From IMG/VR virus record IMGVR_UViG_3300032050_000035: a stretch of DNA of 64,000 nucleotides. One strand, 5' to 3'. The stretch's first letter is position 1; each line of letters opens with the position of its first letter. Under the pieces are notes generated by a model. That model did no database searches. It was not told the origin of the DNA and worked only from the letters and a program-made list of their open reading frames with translations. Below, piece by piece: positions 9,901 to 19,058 of the stretch. Position numbers and translations under genes: made by a program. This DNA comes from a virus (lineage: Duplodnaviria > Heunggongvirae > Uroviricota > Caudoviricetes).

Positions 9901-12501
9901 GCTAATATAACAACATTTGGTAGTGGAGTTGATAATAATTTACAAAGTCAAACAAGTGCCATTGCTAATAATTTACAAACACAAGGACAAAATTTATTAA
10001 ATCAGGGTCAGAATGTTGTTAGTAACTTACAAAATCAAGCTGGTAATATTGCTAACAATTTACAAGCACAAGGACAAAATTTATTAAATCAAGGACAAGG
10101 TGTTGTTAGTAATTTACAAACACAAGGACAAAATTTATTAAATCAAGGACAAGGTGTTGCTAATAACTTACAAGGACAAGCTGGTAATATAATTAATAAT
10201 ATATCAACAACTGGATTATCATTTTTTGATAGTACTACTGGTCAAGTTAGTACAATAGTTGGTAATTTTTCACAAGCGGTCTCAAATAATTTAAGTGGTA
10301 AGACACAAGAAATTGCGTCTTTAGTCGAAAAAGCTGGTAAAGATACTAAATTCACAAAGGGTGTATTATCAATTGCTGATCGAGCTATGAACGATTCATC
10401 TTTATTTGGTAATAAGAACATCGCTCCAATAATAAAACAATCACAAGGCTTAGGAGATTTTAAATTTCTTTTAGATGGTGTTGGTTTTATACCATTCTCT
10501 ATATTTAATTTTGACTTATCTTTTGGAATGGAGTTAAATTTCTCAAACTTAATTTACAAAAAAGCTCCTATAAAATTGCTATTTGATAAATCAAAAAGAA
10601 ATAGTAGTGATAAAAAAGATCCTTGTGCTAGTGATGAGAGTGATACTAATAGTGTTAGTAATGATAAGGCAGCTGGTAATAATTCAGATGCTAAAAATCC
10701 ACAAGATGGATATCAAATAGTTTCAACTTGGTATTCAACTGGTCAATTTGTTGAAGGTGTTGATTATAATTATTTTTATGTTACTCAACAAAACGAGGAG
10801 TTGCTAAATGAAGTAGATACATTAGAAAGTACTGGTAATCCAGATGATATGTATTTAGCGAAGGAGAAATTACAAGAGGCTATTAAGAAAAATCCATTTG
10901 ATGAAACATTGAAAGAGAAGTTAAAAAGTTTGAAATTAAAACTTGTTGATTCTGCGACAGCAACTCAACCTATATTAAAACTTATTATAAGTTTGGTTTC
11001 GTTACCATTAAAAATAATTGCTGATATTATTGAGTGGTTACTTTGTTTTTTTAAAGGATTAATAAATCCACTTACTCTTCCAGCTAAATTAGCTGAGTTT
11101 TTTAGTTTTGAATGGTTACTTAAATTTGTAACTCCAGTTGGTATATTACAAACTCTTGGTATAAAGTTTAATCCACAATTATTATTAGGATGGATTGGTA
11201 AAGCAATTATGACTAATCCACCAATTGATGAGTTAGCCAATAAATTTTCGGATATTTCAAGTACACTTGGTGATAAAACACAAAAAACATTTGACAAGGC
11301 AACTAGCACTGCTAATAATACAATTAATAATGTACAAGGTCAGGCTGATAATTTAAAGAATAACTTAGTAGGTGGTGCTACTGAACAAGTTAAGAAAGTT
11401 AAGGGTTATTTATATTCAGATGACTTTGAACTAGCAAATTTAAGTGAATTCTTTAGTGCTCCATTTTTAGCACCGTTGCCAACTTTTACAGCTGGCAATT
11501 TAAGAGGTTTATTAAAAAATATTTCTAGTAAATATATAAGTGCTCTTCTTAAAAATGATTCATTTGAACAAATTGATCAAAAAATCAACAAACTAAAAAG
11601 TGTTGTAACTGAAAATCAAAATGTATTGAGTACTTTAGTTGGTAAAAACTCACAAGTAACACAAAACTTTAACAGTCAAGTTTTATTATCTATAACTAAA
11701 CAAATAGAATCCGCTAATAATTCTTTTAATTTATTATCAGAAACTGGATCAACTCTTTTTAGTGGATCTAATATAGCAAATAATCTAAGTGGTGGAAATA
11801 ATTTAACAAATAATGTTGTTAATCAGATAACTGGTAATCTACAAAGTCAAACAGGTAATATTGTTAATAATTTACAGGGTCAGGCTGGGAATATTATAGT
11901 AAATGTTCAAGGACAAGCTAGTAATGTAGTTAATAATCTTCAAGGACAAACAAGTAATATTGCTAATCAAATTGCTAATAACTTACAAGGTCAAACCATA
12001 AATGTGACAAATAATTTAAACAATATTGGTGGTAGTATTGTTAATAATTTAGTAAACGTAAACTCAGCTATTCTAAACAATTTGACACAGAAGTCAGCTT
12101 TTATTGCCAATCAAATAAAACAGACAGCTAATCTTCTTTTAAAACAATTTTTTAAAATACCTTTCTTTAAAATAATATTTCCATCTCTTTGTTTTATTGA
12201 AAAGGTGGTAAACGGTTTTATTAACTTTATATGGTCTTTGTTAGGTATTGAAGTTATTATACCACCACCACAAATAAAACTTTGTAAATCAGATAATCCA
12301 CTTGATTTATTGAAGGTTTTAAAGAATGAGAAAGTTACCGAAGTTAATAGTACAATACCATATGAAGAACAGAAAGCTTCAGATTCTTTTATTTATGAAG
12401 TTAAATTATCTGATGGTGCGGTTAAATCATTTTTAGACAGAGAATCACTAGATGATTTTATTGCTGAGAATGCGGATATAAACTTTGATCTACAATTTTA
12501 A
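6979..12501 (+). CDS. giant (1840 aa) virion structural protein candidate (tape-measure-like) with tandem 11-residue Q/N/G-rich repeats and internal hydrophobic segments
   Basis: single uninterrupted ORF; repeats NLQxQGQNLLNQGQxVV around 9950-10210 and again 11820-12060; two predicted transmembrane-like stretches (about aa 830-870 and 1330-1400), as often seen in tape-measure proteins. Confidence 0.5.
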   Translation: MPLSDFVGFPLYRDNLLTGPSNVSLAIPGLDSVISKSIGMTSSAMLLVPNLDFLLEFAKGNLGISDNLWKSVISANMNSPISANSEGVFKSFAKANDLPLDDINKYKKNGKFKMPVSAVELSSAFDGSGLKAFEKTTILSIFESQKPYMEIARTVASLFVDIEDVVARIMPLVSLNPLTHKSAIPKMNGGGGKRPKAVGFKNGEEINEALKKLKGASSKGGKIKVDKNGGVTKESTDIQSTDLGEYLDQTVNQLKTKYKIIKVQYSTGQFDPNEDYIYTFIDLPPDSGAEPDNSPPEDDEDPYDKYKPEKIILGIYNSKGVPINPNEFLRTIGYTGNQKTELDTTYKRAEWITKSEKWKFRNGDFTWPTLGTPNYVFERGLLTQVAKTAPEKYTLKKYKKDDKNILTNETAIEGDPVIDSFDLTDSDVYTRFFTEYTNIQINLAKDLEPEDKEEARKEVLSRINVPSHLENLSNYSQNKKTYYKPINGQPAFPETLKTIFKPYQIYSASASADPKLAGLNGLIWIDPEADYETKVIRVDPVFKIKTDKVKDESKLETTIKSFVKNLYEIKKSDNSSFGIEIKKNGTLLESIESTKVYNLDNWNYQNGQIINTNTFTFKMWSDEPIYEYKTATVKNWGTKTLKKETNGWTYTEGSSKITGDRLLGDNKTYIYVEEGIVKRWYYKYNQVLSSVQNTTNTTQTITITDSTFTLPTDFGSKKSVTLNVSTGSWTTSQSKVPFYSIKVTDLSNPGGTIIDPSKVDNLFLSGNELFSKGRYGVGDPNESPQEIDIIERYQMTDLDTESYYIIEGVRSTANKTGPVDGETSAGKKWYKLPQAIGAIMVFIKVLIKIFTKLVPAITKLIKLLKNPIEFITDIISEKLGESFDWLSKDAFKAFSSLVETVKKREEILKQGGSAYVDKVKQIVKNSPLKDYVFVNGFGQKISKLSSAVNDLTKSATQNATQVGNTITKNLGGAAANITTFGSGVDNNLQSQTSAIANNLQTQGQNLLNQGQNVVSNLQNQAGNIANNLQAQGQNLLNQGQGVVSNLQTQGQNLLNQGQGVANNLQGQAGNIINNISTTGLSFFDSTTGQVSTIVGNFSQAVSNNLSGKTQEIASLVEKAGKDTKFTKGVLSIADRAMNDSSLFGNKNIAPIIKQSQGLGDFKFLLDGVGFIPFSIFNFDLSFGMELNFSNLIYKKAPIKLLFDKSKRNSSDKKDPCASDESDTNSVSNDKAAGNNSDAKNPQDGYQIVSTWYSTGQFVEGVDYNYFYVTQQNEELLNEVDTLESTGNPDDMYLAKEKLQEAIKKNPFDETLKEKLKSLKLKLVDSATATQPILKLIISLVSLPLKIIADIIEWLLCFFKGLINPLTLPAKLAEFFSFEWLLKFVTPVGILQTLGIKFNPQLLLGWIGKAIMTNPPIDELANKFSDISSTLGDKTQKTFDKATSTANNTINNVQGQADNLKNNLVGGATEQVKKVKGYLYSDDFELANLSEFFSAPFLAPLPTFTAGNLRGLLKNISSKYISALLKNDSFEQIDQKINKLKSVVTENQNVLSTLVGKNSQVTQNFNSQVLLSITKQIESANNSFNLLSETGSTLFSGSNIANNLSGGNNLTNNVVNQITGNLQSQTGNIVNNLQGQAGNIIVNVQGQASNVVNNLQGQTSNIANQIANNLQGQTINVTNNLNNIGGSIVNNLVNVNSAILNNLTQKSAFIANQIKQTANLLLKQFFKIPFFKIIFPSLCFIEKVVNGFINFIWSLLGIEVIIPPPQIKLCKSDNPLDLLKVLKNEKVTEVNSTIPYEEQKASDSFIYEVKLSDGAVKSFLDRESLDDFIAENADINFDLQF
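9950..10210 (+). repeat. in-frame tandem ~33-nt (11-codon) repeats inside the giant ORF
   Basis: repeated aataatttacaaacacaaggacaaaatttattaaatcaagg units seen directly. Confidence 0.8.
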
Positions 12502-12526
12502 TATAATCTAAAAAAATAGATTTATT

Positions 12527-12745
12527 ATGCCAAAGTCAAAACACAGAAAAAATCACAAGCAAAAAGTACAAGCTAGAAGAAATAGATTGGCTAGTGAGAA
12601 AGCACACGCTCAAAAATTACAAAGAGAATTCATTATGAATTTAATTAAACAAGAGCAAGATAAAGGAATGTTTGAAAACATGCCTACACTTGATACACAA
12701 GGACCAATTTTAGATGGACCAATCGTAGAAGGACCTTCTATCTAA
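12527..12745 (+). CDS. small basic hypothetical protein
   Basis: ORF 25 nt after the giant gene, followed by a hairpin terminator near 12770-12805. Confidence 0.4.
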   Translation: MPKSKHRKNHKQKVQARRNRLASEKAHAQKLQREFIMNLIKQEQDKGMFENMPTLDTQGPILDGPIVEGPSI

Positions 12746-12976
12746 ATTTTTCTATTTAATGATTTTGAAAAGTTCTTAGACTATGTTTAAGAACTTTTTT
12801 ATTTTGTGATTGAGAAATCTTTTTAAAATTTCAGTTTTATTACAAGAAGGCTGTTTCTTTTTACAAACTGTAAAGTACCAATTTATCATTAATATTTTAT
12901 CTACGTCTTCTTTACACATATAATAAAAACTTTTCTACATCATATATATAAAAAATAAAAATCATTTTTTTAAATT

Positions 12977-14680
12977 ATGAAAAATAATAAAATAACAAGT
13001 GCTTTAATTTCTGTTTATGATAAAACTGGATTAGAGACAATTATAGAAAAACTAATCAATAGTGGTGTTATAATCTACTCTACTGGTGGTACTTATGACT
13101 TCATTAAAAGTTTAGGTTTTCAAGTAGTTTCAGTCGAATCTATAACAGAATATCCTGAGATACTTGGCGGTAGAGTTAAAACTTTACATCCTAAAATCTT
13201 TGGTGGGATTTTAAATCAAAGAGATCTTAAAAAAGATCAAAAAGATGTAAAAAAACATTCAATACCACAAATTGACTTAGTTATTGTTGATCTTTATCCA
13301 TTTGAAGAAACTGTAGCAAATGAAGAATCAACACATGAAGAAATCATCGAAAAGATTGATATTGGTGGTGTTTCATTAATAAGAGCGGCTGCTAAAAACC
13401 ACAAAGATGTTGTTGTTATCTCTTCTAAAGAACAATATGATATTTTAGATAAAATAATTGATGATGGATTAGAACCAACTTTAGAACAAAAGGAATACTT
13501 AGCTGTTGACGCATTTAACAAAACATCTAACTATGATGCTGAAATATTCAAATATCTATTAGATAGAGAAGAAGGTGTTGAAAGTGGTAATGAGTTTGAT
13601 ATAAGTTCTTTAATGGGAGAAGATTCTAAAAACAATTTAAACTTAAATATCACTAAAGACGACTTTGATCTAAATGACTTCTTACTTTGTTGGAAAGAGT
13701 TTGGAGAAAGACCTAACCGTGTTTTAATTCATAACACTTACTCAACTAAGTTAGTAAACTCAGCAATCGAAGAATTTATAAAAGAGAAGAATGTATTCAC
13801 GGAAGTTACTCCAGATGAAGAAGGATTACTCATTAATGATAAAATGTTTGTTAAGTTAGATGATGGTTGTTATATGTCTTATATTGTAGCAGATAGACTA
13901 TCAGAGGCTTCATTTATTGATACTATTACTTTTATCTATAAAAGAGGATATGAACAGATACAAGACTTTCTTGATTTATTGAATGAATGTGTGATGGATT
14001 TTGCTCATGAAGATTCTCACAAACTTAATACAGTAACTTTATCTCAAACTGGATTAGAAATAGAACCAATTAGTTTACATGATATTGATTTAGATAATAT
14101 TGACTTATATTATAACTCAACAACATTTAAAAGAGTTGATAAAGCTATTAAACAAATAAAAAAGTCTGATAAAGGTTTGAGTATATTTTATGGTGAAAGA
14201 GGAACCGGGAAAACTTCAATAATTAATTACATCTCTTCTAAATTAGATAGAATTGTTATTTTTATTCCGAATAATATGATTGAACATACAATCAATAATC
14301 CTGAATTTAGAAAGTATCTTAAAAAATATGATAAACCAGTTTTAGTAATTGATGATTGTGAAGTAGCATTTAGCGAAATCTATGGTAGAACTAATATGTT
14401 TAGTTCAAACTTATTACAAATGGTTGATGGTTTCTTAGCAGAATCAATGAATTGTAATATTGTTGCAATTTTTAACTTAGATAATGAGGATGAAATTGAT
14501 CATTCTTTATTAGAATGTAATAACTTAATTGATTGTATTGAGTTTGAATATTTAGATGCTGAAGATAGTGTTAATTTATCTAAACACGTAAGTAACAATA
14601 AAAAGTATAAAAACAAAACCAAAATGATTGATATAATTAAGAAACGTTCGAATAAAGAAGTATTTGACATAGGTTTTTAA
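12977..14680 (+). CDS. PurH N-terminal (MGS-like IMP cyclohydrolase) domain fused to a C-terminal P-loop ATPase
   Basis: first ~200 aa align by eye almost residue-for-residue with the PurH IMPCH domain (SVYDKTGL..STGGT..GGRVKTLHPKIFGGIL..DLYPF..IDIGG..RAAAKNH); the AICAR transformylase domain is replaced by a Walker A GERGTGKTS and Walker B VLVIDDCE region. Confidence 0.65.
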   Translation: MKNNKITSALISVYDKTGLETIIEKLINSGVIIYSTGGTYDFIKSLGFQVVSVESITEYPEILGGRVKTLHPKIFGGILNQRDLKKDQKDVKKHSIPQIDLVIVDLYPFEETVANEESTHEEIIEKIDIGGVSLIRAAAKNHKDVVVISSKEQYDILDKIIDDGLEPTLEQKEYLAVDAFNKTSNYDAEIFKYLLDREEGVESGNEFDISSLMGEDSKNNLNLNITKDDFDLNDFLLCWKEFGERPNRVLIHNTYSTKLVNSAIEEFIKEKNVFTEVTPDEEGLLINDKMFVKLDDGCYMSYIVADRLSEASFIDTITFIYKRGYEQIQDFLDLLNECVMDFAHEDSHKLNTVTLSQTGLEIEPISLHDIDLDNIDLYYNSTTFKRVDKAIKQIKKSDKGLSIFYGERGTGKTSIINYISSKLDRIVIFIPNNMIEHTINNPEFRKYLKKYDKPVLVIDDCEVAFSEIYGRTNMFSSNLLQMVDGFLAESMNCNIVAIFNLDNEDEIDHSLLECNNLIDCIEFEYLDAEDSVNLSKHVSNNKKYKNKTKMIDIIKKRSNKEVFDIGF

Positions 14681-14696
14681 AAATAATATATAGAAT

Positions 14697-15035
14697 ATGA
14701 AGATTAAAGAATTAAGTGATGAAGAGATTCTAAACTTTTTAATGACATCTGAATTTGAAGATAATTATTCACCAGAAGAATTAAAATATCTCCTTTTAAA
14801 GTGGAGATATTTTTATCGTGTTTTTAATGGTAAACTTGAAAGACTAAAAGATGATAGTTTAAGTGATATAAACATGTTAAATGGTGAAATACAATCATTG
14901 AAAAATAATATTGTCGTTCTACAAACAAATGTTGCTAATAAAGAGAATTTAATTGATTCTATGAAAAATAGAAAACTTACCTGGAAAGAAAGATTCACAG
15001 GAAAAATTATAACAAATGAAGATGAAGATAAATGA
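14697..15035 (+). CDS. hypothetical protein
   Basis: ORF. Confidence 0.4.
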   Translation: MKIKELSDEEILNFLMTSEFEDNYSPEELKYLLLKWRYFYRVFNGKLERLKDDSLSDINMLNGEIQSLKNNIVVLQTNVANKENLIDSMKNRKLTWKERFTGKIITNEDEDK

Positions 15036-16164
15036 ATTTGAGAAATTAGAAAACAAAATTAATAACCAAAACTTTCATGAAAGTTACCGAACATTAAATC
15101 ATGTTATGGTTGCTCTTTCTTATTTTGGTCATATTGCTTCTATATTTTTAGCATTCTTTATGTTATCAAACATATTACTTGGTGTTATGGAGAATAAACC
15201 AGTTGTTTATGTTGTAACTGTTATCATATTAAGTGCTATTGAATTGCTCAAGAGAGATATATTTCACAAATTTAGTATTTTATATTTAAAGTTAAAAGCA
15301 TTTACAAAAGATGTTTTACCTCTTTTCTTTTTAAGTGTTGCTATTATTGGTATTTCATTTTATTCATCTATTAAAGGTGCGAGTGAGTATTCTTCTAAAA
15401 GTGATAAAATTGAACAAGATTATCAAAAAGTAAATAAACAATTTGAGGATAGTCTCACTAAAGTTTATCAAGTTAAGATTGATCAAATTGAGAAACAAAG
15501 TGGTAGTAAAGAAGGAGCTTTAAATACTCTTTATAATCAACAAAATGAACTTAATAACTTAGCATTGAGTGGTGAGTTAACACCAGTTCAAAAGAAATTA
15601 TTAAGAGCATTACCTTCTCAAATTAAGGCTTTAGAAGCTGAAAATAAACCTTTTATTGAGTCTAAGAAAGCTGAGATTGCTTCTATCGAAAAAGAACGTG
15701 ATGATAAAATAAAGAAACATCATACTGATACTGAAAAAGAATCTAAGAAGAAGAAAGATGATAATTCTACAAATTCAGTAGCTTTTATTATATTTTCAAC
15801 TCTTATTGAGATTTCAATTTTAGCTGGTGTTTACTTTAAAGATTATTATGATGTTCGTTCTTATAGAGAAAAGAAAGATCAAATTGAGAAAGATCCTAAT
15901 TTCCAAAAATGGAGATTATATAAACAAATTTTGGAAATTATTTATACAGAAGATACAAAAATAAATCAAAAACTACCTTCAAATAAAGGTATAATTGAAG
16001 CTTGTAAAGTAAATGATATAATTATTTTACCTAAAGATGTTACTAACTTTTTAAAAACAATGTCTAGTTTAGGAATTATAAAAGTATCGGGAAGTAGTAG
16101 ATACGTGAGTAAAGCGAGAGATATTTCATTTGAAAATCTTAACAAACATTTTAATATTGAGTAA
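15016..16164 (+). CDS. hypothetical membrane protein with coiled-coil region
   Basis: ORF with about 4 hydrophobic helices and a long charged coiled-coil-like segment. Confidence 0.45.
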   Translation: MKMKINEFEKLENKINNQNFHESYRTLNHVMVALSYFGHIASIFLAFFMLSNILLGVMENKPVVYVVTVIILSAIELLKRDIFHKFSILYLKLKAFTKDVLPLFFLSVAIIGISFYSSIKGASEYSSKSDKIEQDYQKVNKQFEDSLTKVYQVKIDQIEKQSGSKEGALNTLYNQQNELNNLALSGELTPVQKKLLRALPSQIKALEAENKPFIESKKAEIASIEKERDDKIKKHHTDTEKESKKKKDDNSTNSVAFIIFSTLIEISILAGVYFKDYYDVRSYREKKDQIEKDPNFQKWRLYKQILEIIYTEDTKINQKLPSNKGIIEACKVNDIIILPKDVTNFLKTMSSLGIIKVSGSSRYVSKARDISFENLNKHFNIE

Positions 16165-16420
16165 TATGTGTTATAAAGTTGGTGATGTATTGGTTTTTAT
16201 TGGAAATAACACCAGTGATAACCATTACAATAATTTTGAGGTTGGTAAAAAATATACTGTAAAAAGTGTCGGTTTTTTATATGATTCGGATCAATACTCG
16301 GTAGATAGCTCTTATGTTACTTTTGAAGAAAATACTCACGGATCTTTAGTTTATAAAATAAAAAGACATTTTGTATCTCTAGATGATTATAGAAATATAA
16401 AAATTAATCAAGTATTATGA
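16130..16420 (+). CDS. hypothetical protein
   Basis: ORF overlapping its neighbours by a few nt. Confidence 0.35.
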   Translation: MKILTNILILSNMCYKVGDVLVFIGNNTSDNHYNNFEVGKKYTVKSVGFLYDSDQYSVDSSYVTFEENTHGSLVYKIKRHFVSLDDYRNIKINQVL

Positions 16421-17259
16421 TTGAAACACCATTTAATTACACAGGTTCTAAATATAAATTACTTGAACAGATACTTCCGGAGTTTGACTATACGAAATCG
16501 ACTTTTATTGATCTTTTTTGTGGAGGTGGTTCTGTTTATACAAATGTATTGGATAAATATGATACTGTTATAGCAAATGATATTATAAAAGATCTGATGG
16601 GTATTCACTCAGGTATTTTATATAGTGATGATATAATAGAAGAAACTAAAAAACTTTGTCCTGGTAAAGACAACCCAGAAGGTTATGGTAAACTAAGAGA
16701 TAGTTTTAATGATTATAAAACTCCAGATAAACTTTGGGCTCTTATGTTGAGTTGTACCAATAATATGATGAGGTTTAATAAACAGTTTAAGTTTAATCAA
16801 ACTTATGGAAATAGAGGTTGGAACTCAAATACAGAAAAAAAAGTAGAAGCTTATAAAAATCATATAAGAAAATATTCTGATAAAATTAGATTTATGTCAT
16901 CACAGTTTGAAGATGTTTCTGTTTTTGGTGATAACACAATGGTTTATATTGATCCACCTTATGGTAGAATAAAAACAGAAGATGGTTCACTGGGTAAGAA
17001 ACAAATATCAGAAGCTGGTTACAATTGTTATTGGACAGAGAATGATGATTTTTTATTATACACTTATATTAAAGGTATAAACAATAGAAAATCTTCTTTT
17101 ATGGTTTCTGGTGTTTTAGAACATGATGGTAAAGTTTGTTGGATGTTAGATAAATTAATATCTGATGGTTTTAACTACAAGGTGTTAGATTGTGATTATA
17201 ATAAAGTTTCTAGAAAGGGTGATAAGAAAACAACTGAGGTTATCATAACAAACTATTAG
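16417..17259 (+). CDS. dam: Dam-family N6-adenine DNA methyltransferase
   Basis: AdoMet motif DLFCGGGSV and catalytic DPPY motif in Dam/D12-class order. Confidence 0.7.
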   Translation: MIETPFNYTGSKYKLLEQILPEFDYTKSTFIDLFCGGGSVYTNVLDKYDTVIANDIIKDLMGIHSGILYSDDIIEETKKLCPGKDNPEGYGKLRDSFNDYKTPDKLWALMLSCTNNMMRFNKQFKFNQTYGNRGWNSNTEKKVEAYKNHIRKYSDKIRFMSSQFEDVSVFGDNTMVYIDPPYGRIKTEDGSLGKKQISEAGYNCYWTENDDFLLYTYIKGINNRKSSFMVSGVLEHDGKVCWMLDKLISDGFNYKVLDCDYNKVSRKGDKKTTEVIITNY

Positions 17260-17306
17260 AGGATAATTTAGTTTTTATATATAACAAAAAAATTAAATTA
17301 TTAAAT

Positions 17307-17522
17307 ATGGATTATTTAGATAAGTATGACGCTTTAGTTAAATTATTAACTGAAGAAGTTGAGATCGAAGGTAAGAAGTATGACTTAAAAGAAGATTTTG
17401 ATAAATTCTTTGTTCGTTCAAATAAAACAGCGGGAACTAGAATCCGAAAAGTTATGCAAGAACTTAAAAAGTTAGCTCAAGAAGTCAGAGATGATGTTCA
17501 AGACTACAAAGGAAAAATTTAA
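17307..17522 (+). CDS. small histone H1/Hc1-like basic DNA-binding protein
   Basis: TAGTRIRKVMQELKKLAQEV resembles the Hc1-type (AAQRVRTESIKLEKIAK) motif; strong terminator immediately downstream. Confidence 0.35.
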   Translation: MDYLDKYDALVKLLTEEVEIEGKKYDLKEDFDKFFVRSNKTAGTRIRKVMQELKKLAQEVRDDVQDYKGKI

Positions 17523-17523
17523 T

Positions 17524-17557
17524 AAAAATCCCATCTAAAAGATGGGATTTTTATTTT
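17524..17557 (+). terminator. rho-independent terminator
   Basis: hairpin aaatcccatc-taaaa-gatgggattt followed by a T-run. Confidence 0.7.
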
Positions 17558-17585
17558 AATATATAATAAAAAATAAAAACTTCTA

Positions 17586-18161
17586 ATGAAAAAATTTAGT
17601 ACATCAATTGGTCAGAAAGTAAACGAAGAACCAAAAGTTGAAGTTAAGAAAATAAATGAAGAAGAAATCTTCAAATCAAAAGTTATGAATTTAATGGATC
17701 AATTTTTATCAATCCAAACTTACGGTCCAGTAGATAGATATTTAAGAGCAGGTAATATCAAAATATCTGGTAAAGAAACATTCTTAGAAGCTTTAATGAC
17801 TTTGATGAGTGATAAGTCACAAAAAGATACAAAAGCTGTTTTAGAGGGTTTAAAGGGTCAAATAAAAGATTGGGAAGCTTTAGATAATAAAATTGAAGAA
17901 ATTTCTGTATCTGAGAATAAAATTGATGAGATAAAACACAAGAATAAAGTTCTTTCAATTTATAATAAATATGGATATGATAAAAAACTTTGTTTACAGA
18001 TGTTTGAAAATCATATTTCTAAAATAGAAGATGGTGAAAATGCTTATATGAAGTATGTTGTTACTGAGAAACTTTCAAATACACATGATAATGGAGAGTT
18101 ATTTAAACAAGTATCTGAAAAATATTTAGATAAATCTAAACAATTAGGTTTTAATAGATAA
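17586..18161 (+). CDS. hypothetical protein
   Basis: ORF; TTTTAATATATAAT promoter-like motif upstream. Confidence 0.45.
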   Translation: MKKFSTSIGQKVNEEPKVEVKKINEEEIFKSKVMNLMDQFLSIQTYGPVDRYLRAGNIKISGKETFLEALMTLMSDKSQKDTKAVLEGLKGQIKDWEALDNKIEEISVSENKIDEIKHKNKVLSIYNKYGYDKKLCLQMFENHISKIEDGENAYMKYVVTEKLSNTHDNGELFKQVSEKYLDKSKQLGFNR

Positions 18162-18168
18162 AATTAAT

Positions 18169-18813
18169 ATGGAAAAAATATTAGGTGAAATGTTTGAAGA
18201 AGGTTTTTTTTCAAACATTTTTTTTGTAAATACAAATCCGGCTACTGTAAGTATAGAGAAGATAGGAAAACAAAATGGTGAAATAAAAAAAACCGTCATA
18301 TCAAATACATATGAATTGACATCATTAACAGTTAGTGATGAAGATGATATAAAGTATTCACTTCTACATAATTTTTTTGTTACTCTAAATTATAATTCAA
18401 ATAGAAAAGAATTAAAATATTTTGATAGAGGTTTGTTAAAAAACATATTCACTAAAAAAGATCCTAACATTATTTTAGATGAGATTTTAGAATATGATTG
18501 GATAATAACATCTCCAAATATTATAAATGAAATTACATCTTCATCATTCATAACTACACAAGAGAGTGATGCTTTAGTTAAACTAAAAGGTTATTTCACA
18601 TCTCAATTTAAAAATACTTTAGTATTTGAATTACCACCTGATAATATTAACTCTAATTTATATAAACAATTTTCTAAAAATATAATTTATTGTGGTAAAA
18701 ATAATTCAATAACACCAGTAATCAATAGAAATAAAAAAGATGATAAGGATGGAATAAGAGTTGAATATATATTCAATACAAGTAATGATTTGAAAAAAAT
18801 AATTATCATGTAA
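18169..18813 (+). CDS. hypothetical protein
   Basis: ORF. Confidence 0.45.
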   Translation: MEKILGEMFEEGFFSNIFFVNTNPATVSIEKIGKQNGEIKKTVISNTYELTSLTVSDEDDIKYSLLHNFFVTLNYNSNRKELKYFDRGLLKNIFTKKDPNIILDEILEYDWIITSPNIINEITSSSFITTQESDALVKLKGYFTSQFKNTLVFELPPDNINSNLYKQFSKNIIYCGKNNSITPVINRNKKDDKDGIRVEYIFNTSNDLKKIIIM

Positions 18814-19058
18814 TGAGTGATATTGAATTAACAGATGAGCAAATTAGTATTCTTTATGAAATGACTGAAATACATTTTGAATGTTTTGAGAAATATTATA
18901 AAGAATACCAAATTACTTATCAAAGTGTTTTAGAACTAAATCATAAAAAGATGGTTGATATTTTAAAAGTTTGTCATGACGAAAGAGCTTCTAAAATATT
19001 ATTTAATGGCATGATTAAAGAATACTCAGATATGTTAAATAGAAAGAAAATAAATTAA
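18813..19058 (+). CDS. hypothetical small protein
   Basis: ORF with ATGA overlap to the upstream gene. Confidence 0.4.
   Translation: MSDIELTDEQISILYEMTEIHFECFEKYYKEYQITYQSVLELNHKKMVDILKVCHDERASKILFNGMIKEYSDMLNRKKIN

Noticed and set aside
10965-11309. Antisense ORFs 10965..11309 and 6918..7292 overlapping the giant gene, and other embedded ORFs (894..1076, 2533..2766, 5876..6061, 13294..13521, 14813..14998, 17758..17958, 20234..20425, 21038..21229, 21995..22396, 25727..25936, 26331..26612, 28201..28386, 31116..31301, 32215..32508, 39632..39829, 42048..42338, 42167..42355, 42908..43102, 47351..47566, 48448..48681, 50269..50463, 51928..52119, 52842..53042, 55409..55624, 57503..57700)
   Set aside because: Each lies entirely inside, and antisense or out of frame to, a longer ORF that has recognisable motifs or operon context. 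The products are low-complexity, which is typical of spurious ORFs in AT-rich DNA.
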